A program made the translations under genes and the position numbers. Below are positions 50,401 to 64,000 of a DNA stretch of 64,000 nt, piece after piece. The notes below the pieces were generated by a model, which was not told the DNA's origin, made no database searches, and saw only the letters and a program-made list of their open reading frames with translations. Position 1 is the first letter of the stretch; each line of letters opens with the position of its first letter. Source of the stretch: Amoebidium appalachense (Eukaryota > Protista > Ichthyosporea); NCBI GenBank assembly GCA_963693365.1, contig CAVNZM010000003.1, positions 2,617,087 through 2,681,086 of the forward strand, written 5' to 3'.

Positions 50401-51553
50401 CATTGTGGGTCTGCAGGCCTGTGGATTTGGATGGCCGGGTAGTTGTCTTGATGTTAGTAAAGGGGCAAGGTGTTTGTCTTGATGGTAATGGCTGTTAGTG
50501 TGTGGGTATGGATGTCTTGTTGTATACACTGCATTGGAAGAACGTGAGGGTGGAGGGGGAAGGAGGGAGAGGGGGGGGGAGGAGGGGGAGCAAAGGGACA
50601 GTACCGAGGGCAAAACAGTAGTGTAAAAGATAAACATAAATGTAATAGTACGACTTACGAAAAAGGAGCTGAGAGAGAGAGTAAAAGATGTGTCGCTGAC
50701 TAATGGACCAATTGGATTGCAGGGATTATTGGTGCGGCTATTAGCGGTGCGATGTGGCCCGTGTTCTCCCTGATCTTTGCTGAGATCATCGGTGTGATGG
50801 TGTCCGATGACAATGACAAGGTGCTGTTCTGGGTCTACATGTTCCTGGTTGCTGCGGCCGTCGTTTTTACGTCAAACTACGTCAATGCTGTGGGTATCGC
50901 CGTGGCTGGAGAGAGGCTAACGCTCAGGTACGCGCACGCGCGCGCGTGTGTGTGTGTATGTGTGGTCATCGTGTGGGTTGGGGAGATCAGTGGGTGTGGG
51001 TCTGGGTATGGGTGGATGAAGTTCTTGTTTGTCTTTTGTTAGGCGTGTTGAAGGTTATTGTAGGGGGGGGGGGGGGGGGGGGGGGGGGGATGGGTCTTTG
51101 AGTGTCTGCCGATGGACGTGCTGCATGTGTTTGCCCTGTGGCTAAATCAAGTGTGCGCACCATCCACGTATGTGTATATGTGGAGTGGGATGGGGGGGGG
51201 GGGGGGGGGGGGGGGATGTGGATACGATATGGTGCATGCATGGAACAAAAGGTCAACAAGGAAACCACTCGCTCACATGAGGCCCTGTTTTCCGATTTTC
51301 CAGGGTGCGCACGGCGTGTTTCGAGGCTATGATTCACCAGTCTATTGGTTGGTTCGATCACCACGAGAATGGGGTTGGTACGCTCACTACTCGGCTGAGC
51401 ACGGAGGCAGCGGACGTGAAATTGGTCAGCGGCAGCGCACTGTCTGTGCTGGTCACACAGGTCACTACTATTGTAGTGGGCCTGGTTATTGCATTCACGG
51501 CAACGTGGAAGTAAGTGGTGTGATGTGTGTTTTTCTTTTGTGTTTGTTGTGTC

Positions 51554-51612
<59 letters not shown>

Positions 51613-51741
51613 CGCGCGCGCGTGGGCGCGCCTGTGTGTGCGTGTGTGTTAGTCGTTTTGGCCTATTACTTGGCTGGTTTCTGCGTGTTCCATATCAGTT
51701 GCTTTACGTCTCTCTCCCTCTTGCTCTCTCTCTCTCTCTCT

Positions 51742-51772
<31 letters not shown>

Positions 51773-51846
51773 CCCCTCGCACCCTCTTTCTCTCTCTCTC
51801 TCGCTCCCCCCCCCCCCCCCCCCCCCCCCCGATCCTTGCCAACACG

Positions 51847-51892
<46 letters not shown>

Positions 51893-52163
51893 TACGTATT
51901 CACGAATAACCAGATGTCGGAAAGTCATAGGAGTTCACGACTAGGCTATTCACACTTTGTGGTTTGGTGGTTCTGTGCTGACATACCCTGGGGTCCCCCC
52001 CCCCACACCCCAACCCAACCCCACCCCACCCCCACCCCACCCCCTCCCTCTCCAGGCTGGCCCTCGTTGTGTTGGTGTGTGTGCCGACGATTGCCATCGG
52101 GGCTGGACTGCAGATGAGACAGATGGCTGGGTTTGCCGCCGATGGGAGCAAGTACGTGCAGTG

Positions 52164-52206
<43 letters not shown>

Positions 52207-52701
52207 AACGGCTTTGGGTTACATATTGCCTGTGACGACCCCCCCCCCCCCCCCCCCCCCCCCCCCGGGGGTCATCCTCCCCCTCATGGTTTTTTTTTTT
52301 TTTTTTTTTTTTTTCAGTGCAACCCCTCCAGCCACCCGCACGCCCCACGTCCCCTTTTTCTATTACCACACACTAAATCAAACAAGTTTGTTTTGCGTAA
52401 TGGGTGACCAGTCATATTGTGAAATCGTGTGTCCTGACCAATGGTTTTGCAGGATCTATCGCCATGCGGGCAAGATTGCCGGTGAGGCTGTGGACAATGT
52501 GCGCACTGTGACGTCACTGAGTGCCGCCATCCACTTCCTGGACCGGTATCGTGCCCTTCTCCCTCCCCCTCCTCCCCCTCCCCATCAACGGTTATTGTTG
52601 TTGGTATGATTATAATATGATTATCATTTTCGCCAGTTGCTGTTGTTGTTGTTGTTGGAATTCATAGCTGTACACCTAAAGCTCCTTCTCTGGGGACATG
52701 C

Positions 52702-52732
<31 letters not shown>

Positions 52733-52765
52733 TGCGGTCACTCCACTCCTCTTCCCTCCAAATGG

Positions 52766-52813
<48 letters not shown>

Positions 52814-54554
52814 GAAAAAAAGAAAAAAGAGCACAGCCAGTAAGAAATTTCTGCTTTACTGTTTCTAATTGTGTTTCATGCGCTTTTCTTTTTCCCCCTA
52901 TATCAGCATATTAAGTACACTTGTTGAATTTGTACTTCAAACTGCCCCGCAATCTAATCCTTCCTCCCCTCACCCCCTCCCCCCCCCCCCCCCCCCCCCC
53001 CCAAACACACACACATACACACACACACACACCACCACCACCTTGGCAGCTACGACCTCGAACTTGCCAAACCTGCCAAGAAGGGGTTCAAGACGGCACT
53101 GATTGCAGGCCTGGGCTTTGGCTTTACTGAATTCATGATGTTCGGTACGTGTGTGTGTGGGTGTTCCTCGGAAGGGTAGGGAGTTTGGGGGCAGGGAGGG
53201 GGGGGAGGGGTGGGGGGCTGGTGTTTGTGTGTGTTTTGTTTCTCCCCGCGGGATTGAAATGTTACTGACTGGGTGTGTGTGCAGCCATCTGGGCCATTTC
53301 GTTCTGGTACGGTGCAAAGCTCGCACAGGACGGAGAGGTGGACTTCACCGCCATCATGAAGGTGGGTGTGGGTGGGTCGGTTGAAGTATGGCAAGGCCTA
53401 CTGCATAATTGTTTTCGCTCTCTCTCTCCCTCTCCCTCTCTCTGTCTCTATTTCCCCCCCTCTCTGTTAGAAGCCAAAATGAAACGACCTCTTCCGTACG
53501 TGAGTGGCCTGTTGGTGTGGATAAGACCCCTTGTCCTATGCTGGAAGGTGTTTATTATAATTTTATTCTATTTTGTATTTTGTAAGTTTTTTATTCGTTT
53601 GTTGGTTTGTTTGTTAGTTTTTGTTTTTCCGGGGGGGAGGGGGGGGGAGAAGGCTTCAAACTTGAATTGTGTGCGTTTTCCTTATTATGTTATCACGGAG
53701 TAGGGGAAGAAGGGTGGTTAGTGATGGGGTGTGTGTGTGTTGGAGGAAAAGTAATAAGTTGAGAGGAAAGGGGAGAGGCGGAGGGAAAACGAGTGTGACA
53801 CTAACTGTACTCGTGGCCTGCAGGCCATTAGCGCCATTGTGTTTGGTGCCATGACGGCCGGGCAGGTGGCCGCTATTGCCCCGGACGGTGCAAAGGTACG
53901 TGCATGTGCTCTTGCCATATATGGATGATCTTGCCATGTATGGATGATCTTGCCATATATGGGTTTGTGACTGCTCCCTTTATGTTTCTTGCCATGTATC
54001 AAAGATCTTGCCATGTATGGATGATCTTGCCATATATGGGTTTGTGACTGCTCCCTTTATGTAGGACGCACACCATGTATTCGTCAAAATGTGATCTCCT
54101 TTCTGTCGACATCATTTCATCCCATATGCTGTTTGCTCCAGCGAGCTTTCTTGGTGGACATGTGTTGTTGCCATATGTTGGTCAGTGTCTGCTCCTTCTT
54201 TAGGTGCCGTGTGCGGTGCGGGTGGACATTTGTGGGTGGCCAGGGGGGGGGGGGGGGGGGTAGGAGGCAGGGGTGTGCTAGTCGTGCCTGTTACGTGCAG
54301 CCGGAAGGTTGGTGTGTTGGTTTCTCTGGGTCTCATTGGTCAAGAATGGAGTATTTTCCTGACGCCTGATATGTGCACAGGCCAAGGTTGCTGCCACTAA
54401 GGTCTTCCGTCTGCTTGCCCTCGTTCCGGAAATTGACTCCAGGGTAGGCATTGCCCCTCTCTCTCTCTCTCTCTCTCCCCCCCAACCACCACCACCACTA
54501 CCCGTCCACCCAACCATATTCCTCCTCCTCCCTCCCTCCCTCCCCCCCCCTCCC

Positions 54555-54585
<31 letters not shown>

Positions 54586-54961
54586 ACACACACACCCCAT
54601 ACTGTACCACATTTATAACCACCCCCACTTTGTATCGTTCGGCTTAGTTGCTTCACACATAAAGAAAGAACGAGTCGAGACGGTGTGGCTCATCCACTAA
54701 GAATAGCAGCGACATGTTACGACCCCCCCCCCCCCCCCCGGGAAAAAAAAAAATCCTCACGCGCACACACACACACACGCACACACAACCTTGCTCCATC
54801 GTCCGTTTTTTTCATTTTCCCACTTCTCACTCCCTGCCCCCTCCATCCCCACCACCACCACAGAACCCCAACGGTCGTGTACCCGAGAGTCTGAAGGGTG
54901 ATGTTGCATTCAAGGACATTGAGTTCGTCTACCCTACCCGTCCGGAGGGTGAGCTCCACAC

Positions 54962-54997
<36 letters not shown>

Positions 54998-55301
54998 GCC
55001 TGCATAAACGTTTACAAGATCACACGTGTTTGTTTGTTTCAGTTGCGGGCAGGCACTTGCACTGTGAAGAAAAGGGGTGATGAGGTGGGGAAGGATTTGT
55101 TGCAGATAGCCTGTTTCAGGCTGCCTTGGTGCATGTTGCCCACATTTTCAATCCAATTCCTTAATGTACTGATTGTTTCCGTCCTTACCCCCCCCCCCCC
55201 CCCCCCCCCCCCCCCGCCCGCCCGCCCATTCCCCTCTCCCTCCCTCCCCCTCCGTCCCCCAACCCACCCAAAACACACACACACTAATCGCACATGCACC
55301 G

Positions 55302-55337
<36 letters not shown>

Positions 55338-55663
55338 GACTGTGCTCAAGGCTCTCTCTGTGGACGTGGCCAATGGCCAGACACTTGCGTTGGTCGGTGA
55401 GAGCGGCTGCGGCAAGAGCACGACTATTGCCCTTAGCGAGAGGTATGCAGCCACACACATGTATACACAGACACACACACACGCGCACACACGCACACAC
55501 TAGAGGCATATCTTGCATGCACACACATACAGCTATGTCCCTGGGTTGAATTTAAATGAACATATAGAAATACTGGGTAGTGTGCACCCACCGGAATCTT
55601 TCTTACCTGGTTGCTGATTGGTTCATGCCTGCACCTACGCAAGTGCGTTCACAGACACACGTG

Positions 55664-55723
<60 letters not shown>

Positions 55724-56791
55724 TTCAGGCCTTGTTCCACCACTCTGCCATGACACACTTTGTATGCTCTCATCAATAACCCCCGCCGCCCCAGCCCCAC
55801 CCACCCTCCTGCCTAACCCCCTCCCACCCTTTTCCAGGTCTCCCTGATACCTTCCTGAAACAGTGCTCCCTAATTGTTCTTTGTGAAAACCCATTTTTCC
55901 TGCCCTTATTTGTTGTGCTGTATCCCACACGTATACTCATCCTATGTCCTCTCTCTATCTCCGTAGGTTCTACAACCCCAAGTCCGGGCAGGTTCTTGTA
56001 GACGGGGTGCCGATCCACGAGTACAATCTGCGGTGGCTGCGATCGCAAATTGGGATCGTGAGCCAGGAGCCGGACCTGTTCAACACCACGGTCAGAGAGA
56101 ACATCCTCTACGGTCTGCCCAAGGACCAGCTGTGTGTCGTGACGCAGGTGTGTGCATGGTTTTGTATTTGTTTTTTGTTTTTTGATCCGTTTTCTTGCCT
56201 GTGTTGGTGCCTGGGTGAGTGAGCGTGGGTGGAAGTTATTATTAATATTTTTTTTTTTTTTTTTAATTTTGTATTTTTTTTGGGGGGGGGGGGGGTTGTT
56301 ATAGATTATGCCTTTGACACGTGTGTATTCCCGTGTCCTCTGCCTCTGCCAAAGATGTGATACGTTTTGGCGCCCATGTGCTGTACGTTGGGCTTCCCAA
56401 GGACAGCCAACCAACTATCCTTCCACCTGCCAACCCACCTCCTTGCCCCGGCTTCTGCGCCAACAAACCTTCACACACGCACACACCCTCCCTCGCTTTC
56501 TCCTTCCCTCACACACACACGTACACAGGACATGATCGAGACCGCAGCCAAACTGGCCAACGCACACGAGTTCATCATGGGGCTGCCCCAGGGCTACGAC
56601 TCCCCTGTGGGTGAGCGCGGCAGCCACCTGTCTGGAGGGCAGAGGCAGCGTGTGGCCATTGCACGTGCGCTGATCAGAAACCCAAAGATTCTGCTGCTGG
56701 ATGAGGCTACTAGTGCACTGGACTCGGAGAGTGAGGTGGGTGCATGGGTAGTGTGCCTGCTTGGATTTTTTTTTTTTTTCCTTTTTTTTTT

Positions 56792-56856
<65 letters not shown>

Positions 56857-57306
56857 TATATGCATATGTTTGCGGATGCTCACGCGTGCAAATGCAAGTA
56901 CACGCTTTTTTCAGGCGGTGTAGCAAGTTTAGGATAGGACAAATGCAAATAGGCTTGAAGGCTCGAAGGGGGGGGGGGGGGGGGGGGATTGGCTCAAATC
57001 GGGGGGGTTTTGTTGGTAGTTGGTGGTTTTTCGGTGTTTGGGGGGGGGATGCAACCCAGCGCTCTGCAGACATGCTAATTCATCTTCTTTTTGCACGAGC
57101 AGAAAGTCGTGCAGGTTGCTCTGGACCAGGCACAGAAGGGCCGGACCACGATCGTGATTGCACACCGATTGAGCACGATCCAGGATGCAGACAAGATCGC
57201 AGTTGTCAAGGAGGGTGTGGTGGCTGAGCTGGGCAGCCACTCACAGCTGATTGGAAAGGGCGGTCTCTATGCTCAGTTGGTCGAGAACCAGAGACACACC
57301 GTGTAG
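39132..57306 (+). CDS. ABCB1: Host ABCB1/MDR P-glycoprotein-type full ABC transporter, ~32 exons; first exon(s) probably upstream at ~38.8-39.0 kb
   Basis: TMD1 exons ([27 protein letters not shown]); NBD1 GHSGNGKST (~45440), [15 protein letters not shown] and [11 protein letters not shown] (~48000); NBD2 GESGCGKST (~55395) and LSGGQRQR (~56630); stop at 57306; GT-AG introns. Confidence 0.95.
46528..47235. repeat. Two ~255-bp copies of an intronic dispersed repeat (third, partial copy at 42312-42488)
   Basis: ggggtcgaaactcagacgcaattgatgacttggg...ttccgcattcaaa present three times. Confidence 0.88.
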
Positions 57307-58495
57307 GAAGGAAGAAAGGGGGAGGTTAAACATTTTTAGTTGTGGGTTAGTAATATATTATAAGAAGAGAAGGAAAAACCGTCACAGTTTCTTTTGTAGG
57401 GTTGTAAATTTTGATGGAAATTGTGTGTTGGCAGAAAGGTTGCCACAGCACAGAGATGAAACTGACGGAAGACATGTGAATAGAATTGAAATGTGGGTGT
57501 GCTAATGGGCCACCCTTTTAGGAATGTAAAAATACAGCAGCAAGGCCATGTGATGGCTATAGGCTGCTGTGTGTAGGCAAGGGACGCCTATGATTGGTTG
57601 ATGTTGCATGTATAGGGCTGGTTCCCTTACCCCGTGTAGTGGGTATCTGTTTTCAAAATGTACAGCTGATAATCCTGCTTTTTAAATAGTTTTATGTTGT
57701 GGCAAGACGGTGACCGTGGTTGGTCCGCCTTAAATTATATCTTTATATGAATAAAGTGCCAATCCCGTTCAATGGATCTTTTATACTATCAGAGCTACCC
57801 TTCTGTTTGCAACCCTGCCACTGTGTTCTGATCTCTCAGTTTCGGATTTTCGGTTTTGTGGGCAGGGGAGCCATGTCAGCATCATGAGTGTTCAGTCATT
57901 AAAAAGTCAGAGAGCAGGGGAGCCCCGAGGAATAGTAAGGGAATGGGGCTGAGCCTAGCAAACGTTCCTAGATATAATTGGTAGAGGCATCTTATTCAGG
58001 CCCGTGATTGTGGGTCGGTTCTGGTACATAGCCTTGTGTCACGTCATGATCCCTGTATGATATGATACTTAGCACAGTGCCGGCGCCAGTCCCATACTGT
58101 GCCGGCGGTAACAGAGGAACAAGACCGACTGATTTGTTCAACTCTGATTGGAAAGCCTTGAGTTCAGATTCTTTTTTGATTAACCGCCATTCCCTCGGTC
58201 CCCCCTCCCCCCCTCCCCCCTCCAACTCCCCCAACTCCCTCTCCCCCGCTTCCCTTCCCCCTCCGCCGCCCCCACCTTCATCTCCACCAACTTGGAAAGA
58301 GAGGGTAGAAAAGGTCAAAAGAAATAAACAACTTAAGAAACCAAGAATTTCAAAAGCGATTCCGTTACGGTATTCAAGTTACATCTTCACAATTGCAGTC
58401 TAGAAAAAGTGTTTGGTAAATTAAAGCACAATATTAACTTGTGGGCTTTGCAATCTGTGTACGTTGATTGCATGACATTGTGTGAGAAATACGAA

Positions 58496-58496
<1 letters not shown>

Positions 58497-58539
<43 letters not shown>

Positions 58540-58695
58540 GGGAGGATTGGACATGAAAAATGCACAACGTTAACACAAACTTTCGAGAGAGGGGGGTGGA
58601 GGGGAAGGGGGTCATGATCAAAGGGGATATCGATGAAAGAAAAGGAGTTTTTACAGGAATCAACTAAGAAGGTCCTTTTTTGGTTGTGTGTTTGT

Positions 58696-58763
<68 letters not shown>

Positions 58764-58912
58764 GGAGGATTGGACATGAAAAATGCACAACACAAACTTT
58801 CGAGAGAGGGGGGTGGAGGGGAAGGGGGTCATGATCAAAGGGGATATCGATGAAAGAAAAGGAGTTTTTACAGGAAGCAACTAAGAAGGTCCTTTTTTGG
58901 TTGTGTGTTTGT

Positions 58913-58953
<41 letters not shown>
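58497..58953. repeat. Local tandem duplication (~220 bp including poly-G)
   Basis: ggaggattggacatgaaaaatgcacaac...ggttgtgtgtttgttt occurs twice. Confidence 0.8.
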
Positions 58954-58954
<1 letters not shown>

Positions 58955-59811
58955 GAACCCCTTACTTATTAACCCTGCCACTGTGTTCTAACCTCTCATT
59001 GATTTCGGACCGGTGGACAGAAAAACTATGTCGGCAACACGAGTATTCAGTCATTAAATAGTCAGGGAGCAGGGGGAACCCAAGGAAATCTCAATAGTAA
59101 GGGAATACTGGGGACTGGGGAGCCTAGCAAAGGTACCGATAGGGCAGTGCATGTTGCAGCCTTGGGGCATGTTGCATCGTGATAACGATTTTTGTTGAGA
59201 TGGTCGGGAGGGGGGGGGGGGGGGGGGAGGGGGCAGCGACATACTGCCAGGTAAGTTATGTCAAATTGAAGTGTTGGGTCCGTTTTCGTCAAAGGTGTGT
59301 TGGGGGACCTCATACTGCCAACCCTCGAGGGCTCGAGAAACTCATCAATCGCAGCTACCAGCAGGCATAGCGTGTGGGTGGTCACCGAACAAATGCAAGT
59401 CGTAGCCGGCTGTGGTAAATACCTAATTTATCCACCGTGATTGTGGGTTAAAAAAAAGTGGGTACCGCCTGAGTTGAACAGTGAATATAAATTTTGTCTA
59501 CCAGAACAATCCATATGTGAACATCTACCAGAACAATCCATTTTTGTCTACCAGAACAATCCATTTTTCTAACTTTCAGATGCACCAACCGAGTTCTCGT
59601 GAATCATGTTTTCTAATGGACTCGCCGAAAACACAACCATCCACCACAGAATCAAAGGCTACACGAGGCAAAAGAAAAGCTAGCCTTTGAAGTGCACTCC
59701 CAAAGGATTGAACAGAGCTCGAGGCACGAAGGAGCCCGGCCTGTTTTGTACTTCTCCTTACCCTACCCCTCCCCCCCCCCCCCCCCCCCCCCGTCAGCCA
59801 TCCCCCCTCCA

Positions 59812-59889
<78 letters not shown>

Positions 59890-61037
59890 CCCCCCCCCCC
59901 CCCCCCTCCCCTCCTCCCCCCCCCCCCCCCGGGGGTCAGACAAGCTGCACCCCCCCCCCCCCCCCCCTCCCCCCCTTTGCTCTGCTCTCCCTCTTTCCAC
60001 TGTGTCGTCCTCCAACAACTGTAAAGAACTTCGCCCTGAGCACGGGCACAGAATTAGTCTTTATGGTGCCTCGTAGAGAAAGTAAACCCTGATATAAAAT
60101 CATCACCCGACATCTATGTACTTGATCATGATATACCGCTGAAGGGATATTCCGAGCAAAACCCCCCCCCGTACCTGAGACTGGTCTCTCTTTGCCTCGA
60201 GTAAACAGTGTGAACCCCAATTTGTCCTAACACGAGTAACACGACTGTTGTGCACGTGAGTGTTCGGAAAAAAATAAACCATAATTATCATGAACCTGCA
60301 CAAAATCTTTTTGACCTCGAAAACGGCATCCTATTTGGCTGGTGAAGGGGCCGGAAATTTTTAAGGGATCGAGTGCCCGGCCTGCATGTTGTAACAAAAA
60401 TCTAAAGGGGAGCTAAAAGCTTTGGCAAACGGGATGTATTGATCTATGGATGATCCTAGTAGCTAAGTGGTAGGGGTGTTGATTTCATGAAGGGGGGGGA
60501 GGGGGAGAGGGGAGGGAGGGGGGGGGAGAGGGGGGGGGGGGGGGGGAGAGGAAGAGGGGGAGGTAGTTAAGAATGAGTGTGTGCATGTGTGGTGGCGCTA
60601 TGAAACGGGGGAGGGGAAGTTTGGGGGGAGGGGGAGGGGGGGGGGGGGGAGGAGAGGGAATCGGAGGGGGGATGGATCACGTGCTCAGCAACTTATGTGG
60701 GTGACATCAACAGTTTAAAGAAAATCGATTACCTGAATGCATGCCCGTTGGGGCTGCACTTTGTTGTGTGGTCGGTCACCCAGCCACAATCAGTCTGACG
60801 TACTTGCGGTAAACGCATCTTGTTTGAGCCTGTGATTGTGGGTCGGGTGGTAGGGAGCTGTCACATAACGATCCCTGAACCATTATATTCAACTGCCAGA
60901 CACATACGTGTGGTGCTGTATTTGGCCATGCATATGTGATGGGAGATACTGGGACCTTTTCGGGCTCTGTTCTATCCGCCATTCCCCTATTTCCCTGGGG
61001 GGAGGGGTATATTCCAAGAGCTTTTTTATTTTCTATC

Positions 61038-61068
<31 letters not shown>

Positions 61069-62418
61069 TTGGGGGGGGGGGGGGGGGGGGAGGAGTGGGG
61101 GGGGGGGGGGGAGGGAGGGGGGGAGGTGGTGCAGGGGGAGCAAACGGAAGAGGGGTGGGGTGGGGTGGGGGGAGGGGGGGGGGTGGGGGGAACGGGGTTT
61201 TTTCCTGTCTTTTTTCAAGGGGGGGGGGGAGGGGAGGGGGGAGGGGAGGGGAGGGGGGAAGGGGGGGAGGGGGGGGAAGACCCTGGGGGGTCGGGCGTGG
61301 AGGGGAGGGAGGGGGGAGGAGGAGGGGGCCGCCCAAAATGAGGCTCCTAATGTGTGACACTGTGTGTGTGTCTGTGTCTGTGTGTGTGCTTGTGTGTTTG
61401 TGTGTGTGTGTGCGCGTGTGTGTGCGTGTGTGTGTTTTTTTGTCGAGGGGAGGGAGGGATGAGAGAGATCTAGAGAGAGAGGGGGAGGGGCGGTGGGGAG
61501 GCCAGGGTTGGGGGGGGGGGGGGGGGGGGGGCACAAGGCACAAGGACCAGTTTGGGAGTGGGTCGGGGGGGGGGGGGGGGGGAGAGGGGGGGGGGAGGGG
61601 GGGGGGGGGGGGGGGGGGGTAAGCCGCCCGTCAAAGTAGTGGCAGCTGCAGCTAAGTTGGTCACTGTGCCTGAGTCACGGTTGGCTTCCGTGCAGAAACG
61701 TTTTTTTTTTCCCTCGGAGACATGCATGAGTCAACAAAAAGAAAACTTTTGCAGCTGGCAAGTCCTGAATCAGATTCGAAAAATGGACAAGGAGCATATT
61801 GCTGCACGTGTGATTTCAAATGGCAGCTCTATCGGAATGTTTCATACACACGAATACGGTCTTTTTCACACGGTGGGACCTGGCATGCATTTCTCCTGAT
61901 AATGATACCCAATTTTCCGGTCCGTGAGTAAAATCGACCAAACCATTTTAGCCACTTAAAATGATGTTTTTATAATTGCAGAACGGGCCCCCCAAAGTGC
62001 ATAAAAACACCCAACTATGCAGAAAAAGGCCATTTCAGTCAGATAGCCAGCAGATATAGGCAACATTTCTGGGTTGTCACACCAGCATGCACCACGTGCA
62101 CATGCATGATTATGGACACATGCAGAGGTACGGTAGCAAGTAGCAAGCTCTCATAAATTCTCCTCTTAAGCTTGCTCCCACAATCAAACGCATAAAAACC
62201 CTGTTAACACAACAGTCTAGCAACGGGTGGTGCATTTGGGCAACCCTTCCCTTTGGTAATGATTGCACTGTAGGTGTGCATCAGTCGTCTCCGTTGTGCG
62301 AGTCTCTGATCAGAGAGATTTGCAGCCAAATTTTGACAGAGGTTGCCCCATTATTCAGCCGGAAAAAATGTCTCACGGTTTTCACGCCCAACACACCCCT
62401 TAACCCCCTCCAGAAGTT

Positions 62419-62449
<31 letters not shown>

Positions 62450-62608
62450 AATCCCCCCAACCCCACCAGCACCACCCAACCCACCCCACCGCAAACTAGA
62501 GTCTTCGGGTCCCGTCGAGTCCCCGTGGATTAAAAGCAAAGGGCAGACTAAAGCAACATTCAACCACAGCCGTACTCTCACACATCCACATACATGCAAC
62601 ACCAAACA

Positions 62609-62657
<49 letters not shown>

Positions 62658-63075
62658 CACCCCCCCCCCCCCACCCCCCAACTCAAAACACTAACATTCC
62701 TTTGCAAAAACACTCACGTTCCATTGAAAAAAGTGCTGTTGAACCACCTCGCTTTGAAAAAATAAATGATCATATGAAAAAATCGCTGGTACAAACCAAT
62801 TATATGCTCGTAAAGAGGAGACACTAAGCTTATTTTTGACGCCTTTAGCGCCGCTCTGCGCTGGTCGGCGATTTTTGAAAGAACACTAACGTTTATCGTA
62901 CCAAATTCCATAAGGCTGGGGATAGTGCCACAAAGCCAAACTGACAGTGTGGAATGCATGATTGCGCCAAAATCTTTATCGGATAATTAAAAAGTGTGTT
63001 ACCCCCTATCGGATCTTCAATCCCCCTCACTCTCTCAGACATTCTCTACAAGTAGAGCTCTCTCTCTCTCTCTCT

Positions 63076-63140
<65 letters not shown>

Positions 63141-64000
63141 AGGCTTTCTCTCTCTCTAGTAGAGACAGAGCTTCCTCTCTCTGATCTCTCTGAGACGCCC
63201 CCCTCCCCGGCCCCCCCTCCTCCTGGCCCCCCTTCTCTTTCGAGCTCTCTGTCTCTCAATGGCATGCATTTTGCCGTCGTTTCATATCATTTTCATGCAC
63301 ACGTTGTCACAACTTTAACAGAAGTACAAACAGTGTCACATGTACCAGCTCACATGTCACGAAATCTGTACACGTGTACACGAATAAGCAATGTGCATGT
63401 GCACGCATGGAGTCCAAACGTGGGCCCCACACACCCACCCACCTATGTATGTACACATACCAACACCACGTACGCAAACACACAAACACTACTCCCATTC
63501 ATATGTACTACAGGAAGATGCAACAAGCACACACATGCACAAACAAGTCACGTGCACTGGCAAGTGAGAAGTATCTGGATGGCTGGTAATAAGTAAACAT
63601 AGCATGTACATATGACTCGACACAGTGCAGGCAGTGTCACGCATTATTATACACAATATGCATGTGCAGTCATAGTCGAACCATGCCGCCTTGACATTTC
63701 TTCCCTATCGATCTCATGCTTCTTCCCGCTGTATTGTTCCTTTATTTACTGACAATGGTACTCCCCGGGCCCCAACAACATGTACATATCTAAAAGGCCT
63801 AGCAAGCATTTAACCCAATCTATAACCATCCCACTAATACTTACCCTGGAAATGACTACCAAACTAAACAATAATAATGTTAACACCTACTAGAGCGTTG
63901 ACTTCCCACCTACACCATTAGCCCCACCCTCACCCGCCTTTTTCTTTGCACCCGCCCCCTTTTTAGCCCTAGGACGAGGGGAGGGAACACCATCGCTTGC

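Noticed and set aside
56376-56415. Intronic [11 protein letters not shown] resembling exon ILYGLPKDQ (possible alternative exon)
   Set aside because: Too short and lacks convincing splice sites
57400-64000. Gly/Pro-rich ORFs downstream of ABCB1
   Set aside because: Derived from poly-G/C and (CT)n tracts; no recognisable domains or exon chain

Overview
Eukaryotic genomic DNA with two compartments. From 1 to about 23.5 kb, and in weaker form to about 38.2 kb, it reads as an endogenized giant-virus (Nucleocytoviricota-like) segment with dense, intronless genes. These include a penton-like protein, a frameshifted RuvC/A22-type Holliday junction resolvase, an IS607 element (serine recombinase TnpA plus Fanzor2/TnpB), an HNH nuclease and a CE-clan protease. 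They also include KilA-N and Bro-like DNA-binding proteins with T5orf172 domains, an SF3 helicase flanked by four PD-(D/E)XK paralogs, and a C2H2 zinc-finger gene. From 24.9 to 29.9 kb lies an intron-containing, divergent KDM4-like JmjC demethylase gene. From about 38.8 to 57.3 kb lies a host ABCB1/P-glycoprotein gene of about 32 exons, with microsatellite- and homopolymer-rich introns. Most notable: (1) a mirror-arranged helicase/nuclease cassette in which two nucleases carry a C-terminal domain resembling the helicase C-terminus, each paired with a catalytically degenerate paralog, next to ori-like inverted repeats; (2) a Fanzor reading frame that overlaps essentially all of TnpA and starts 10 nt after the TnpA ATG. 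All family calls come from motif recognition by eye, with no database searches. Frameshifts in homopolymers may be sequencing errors.
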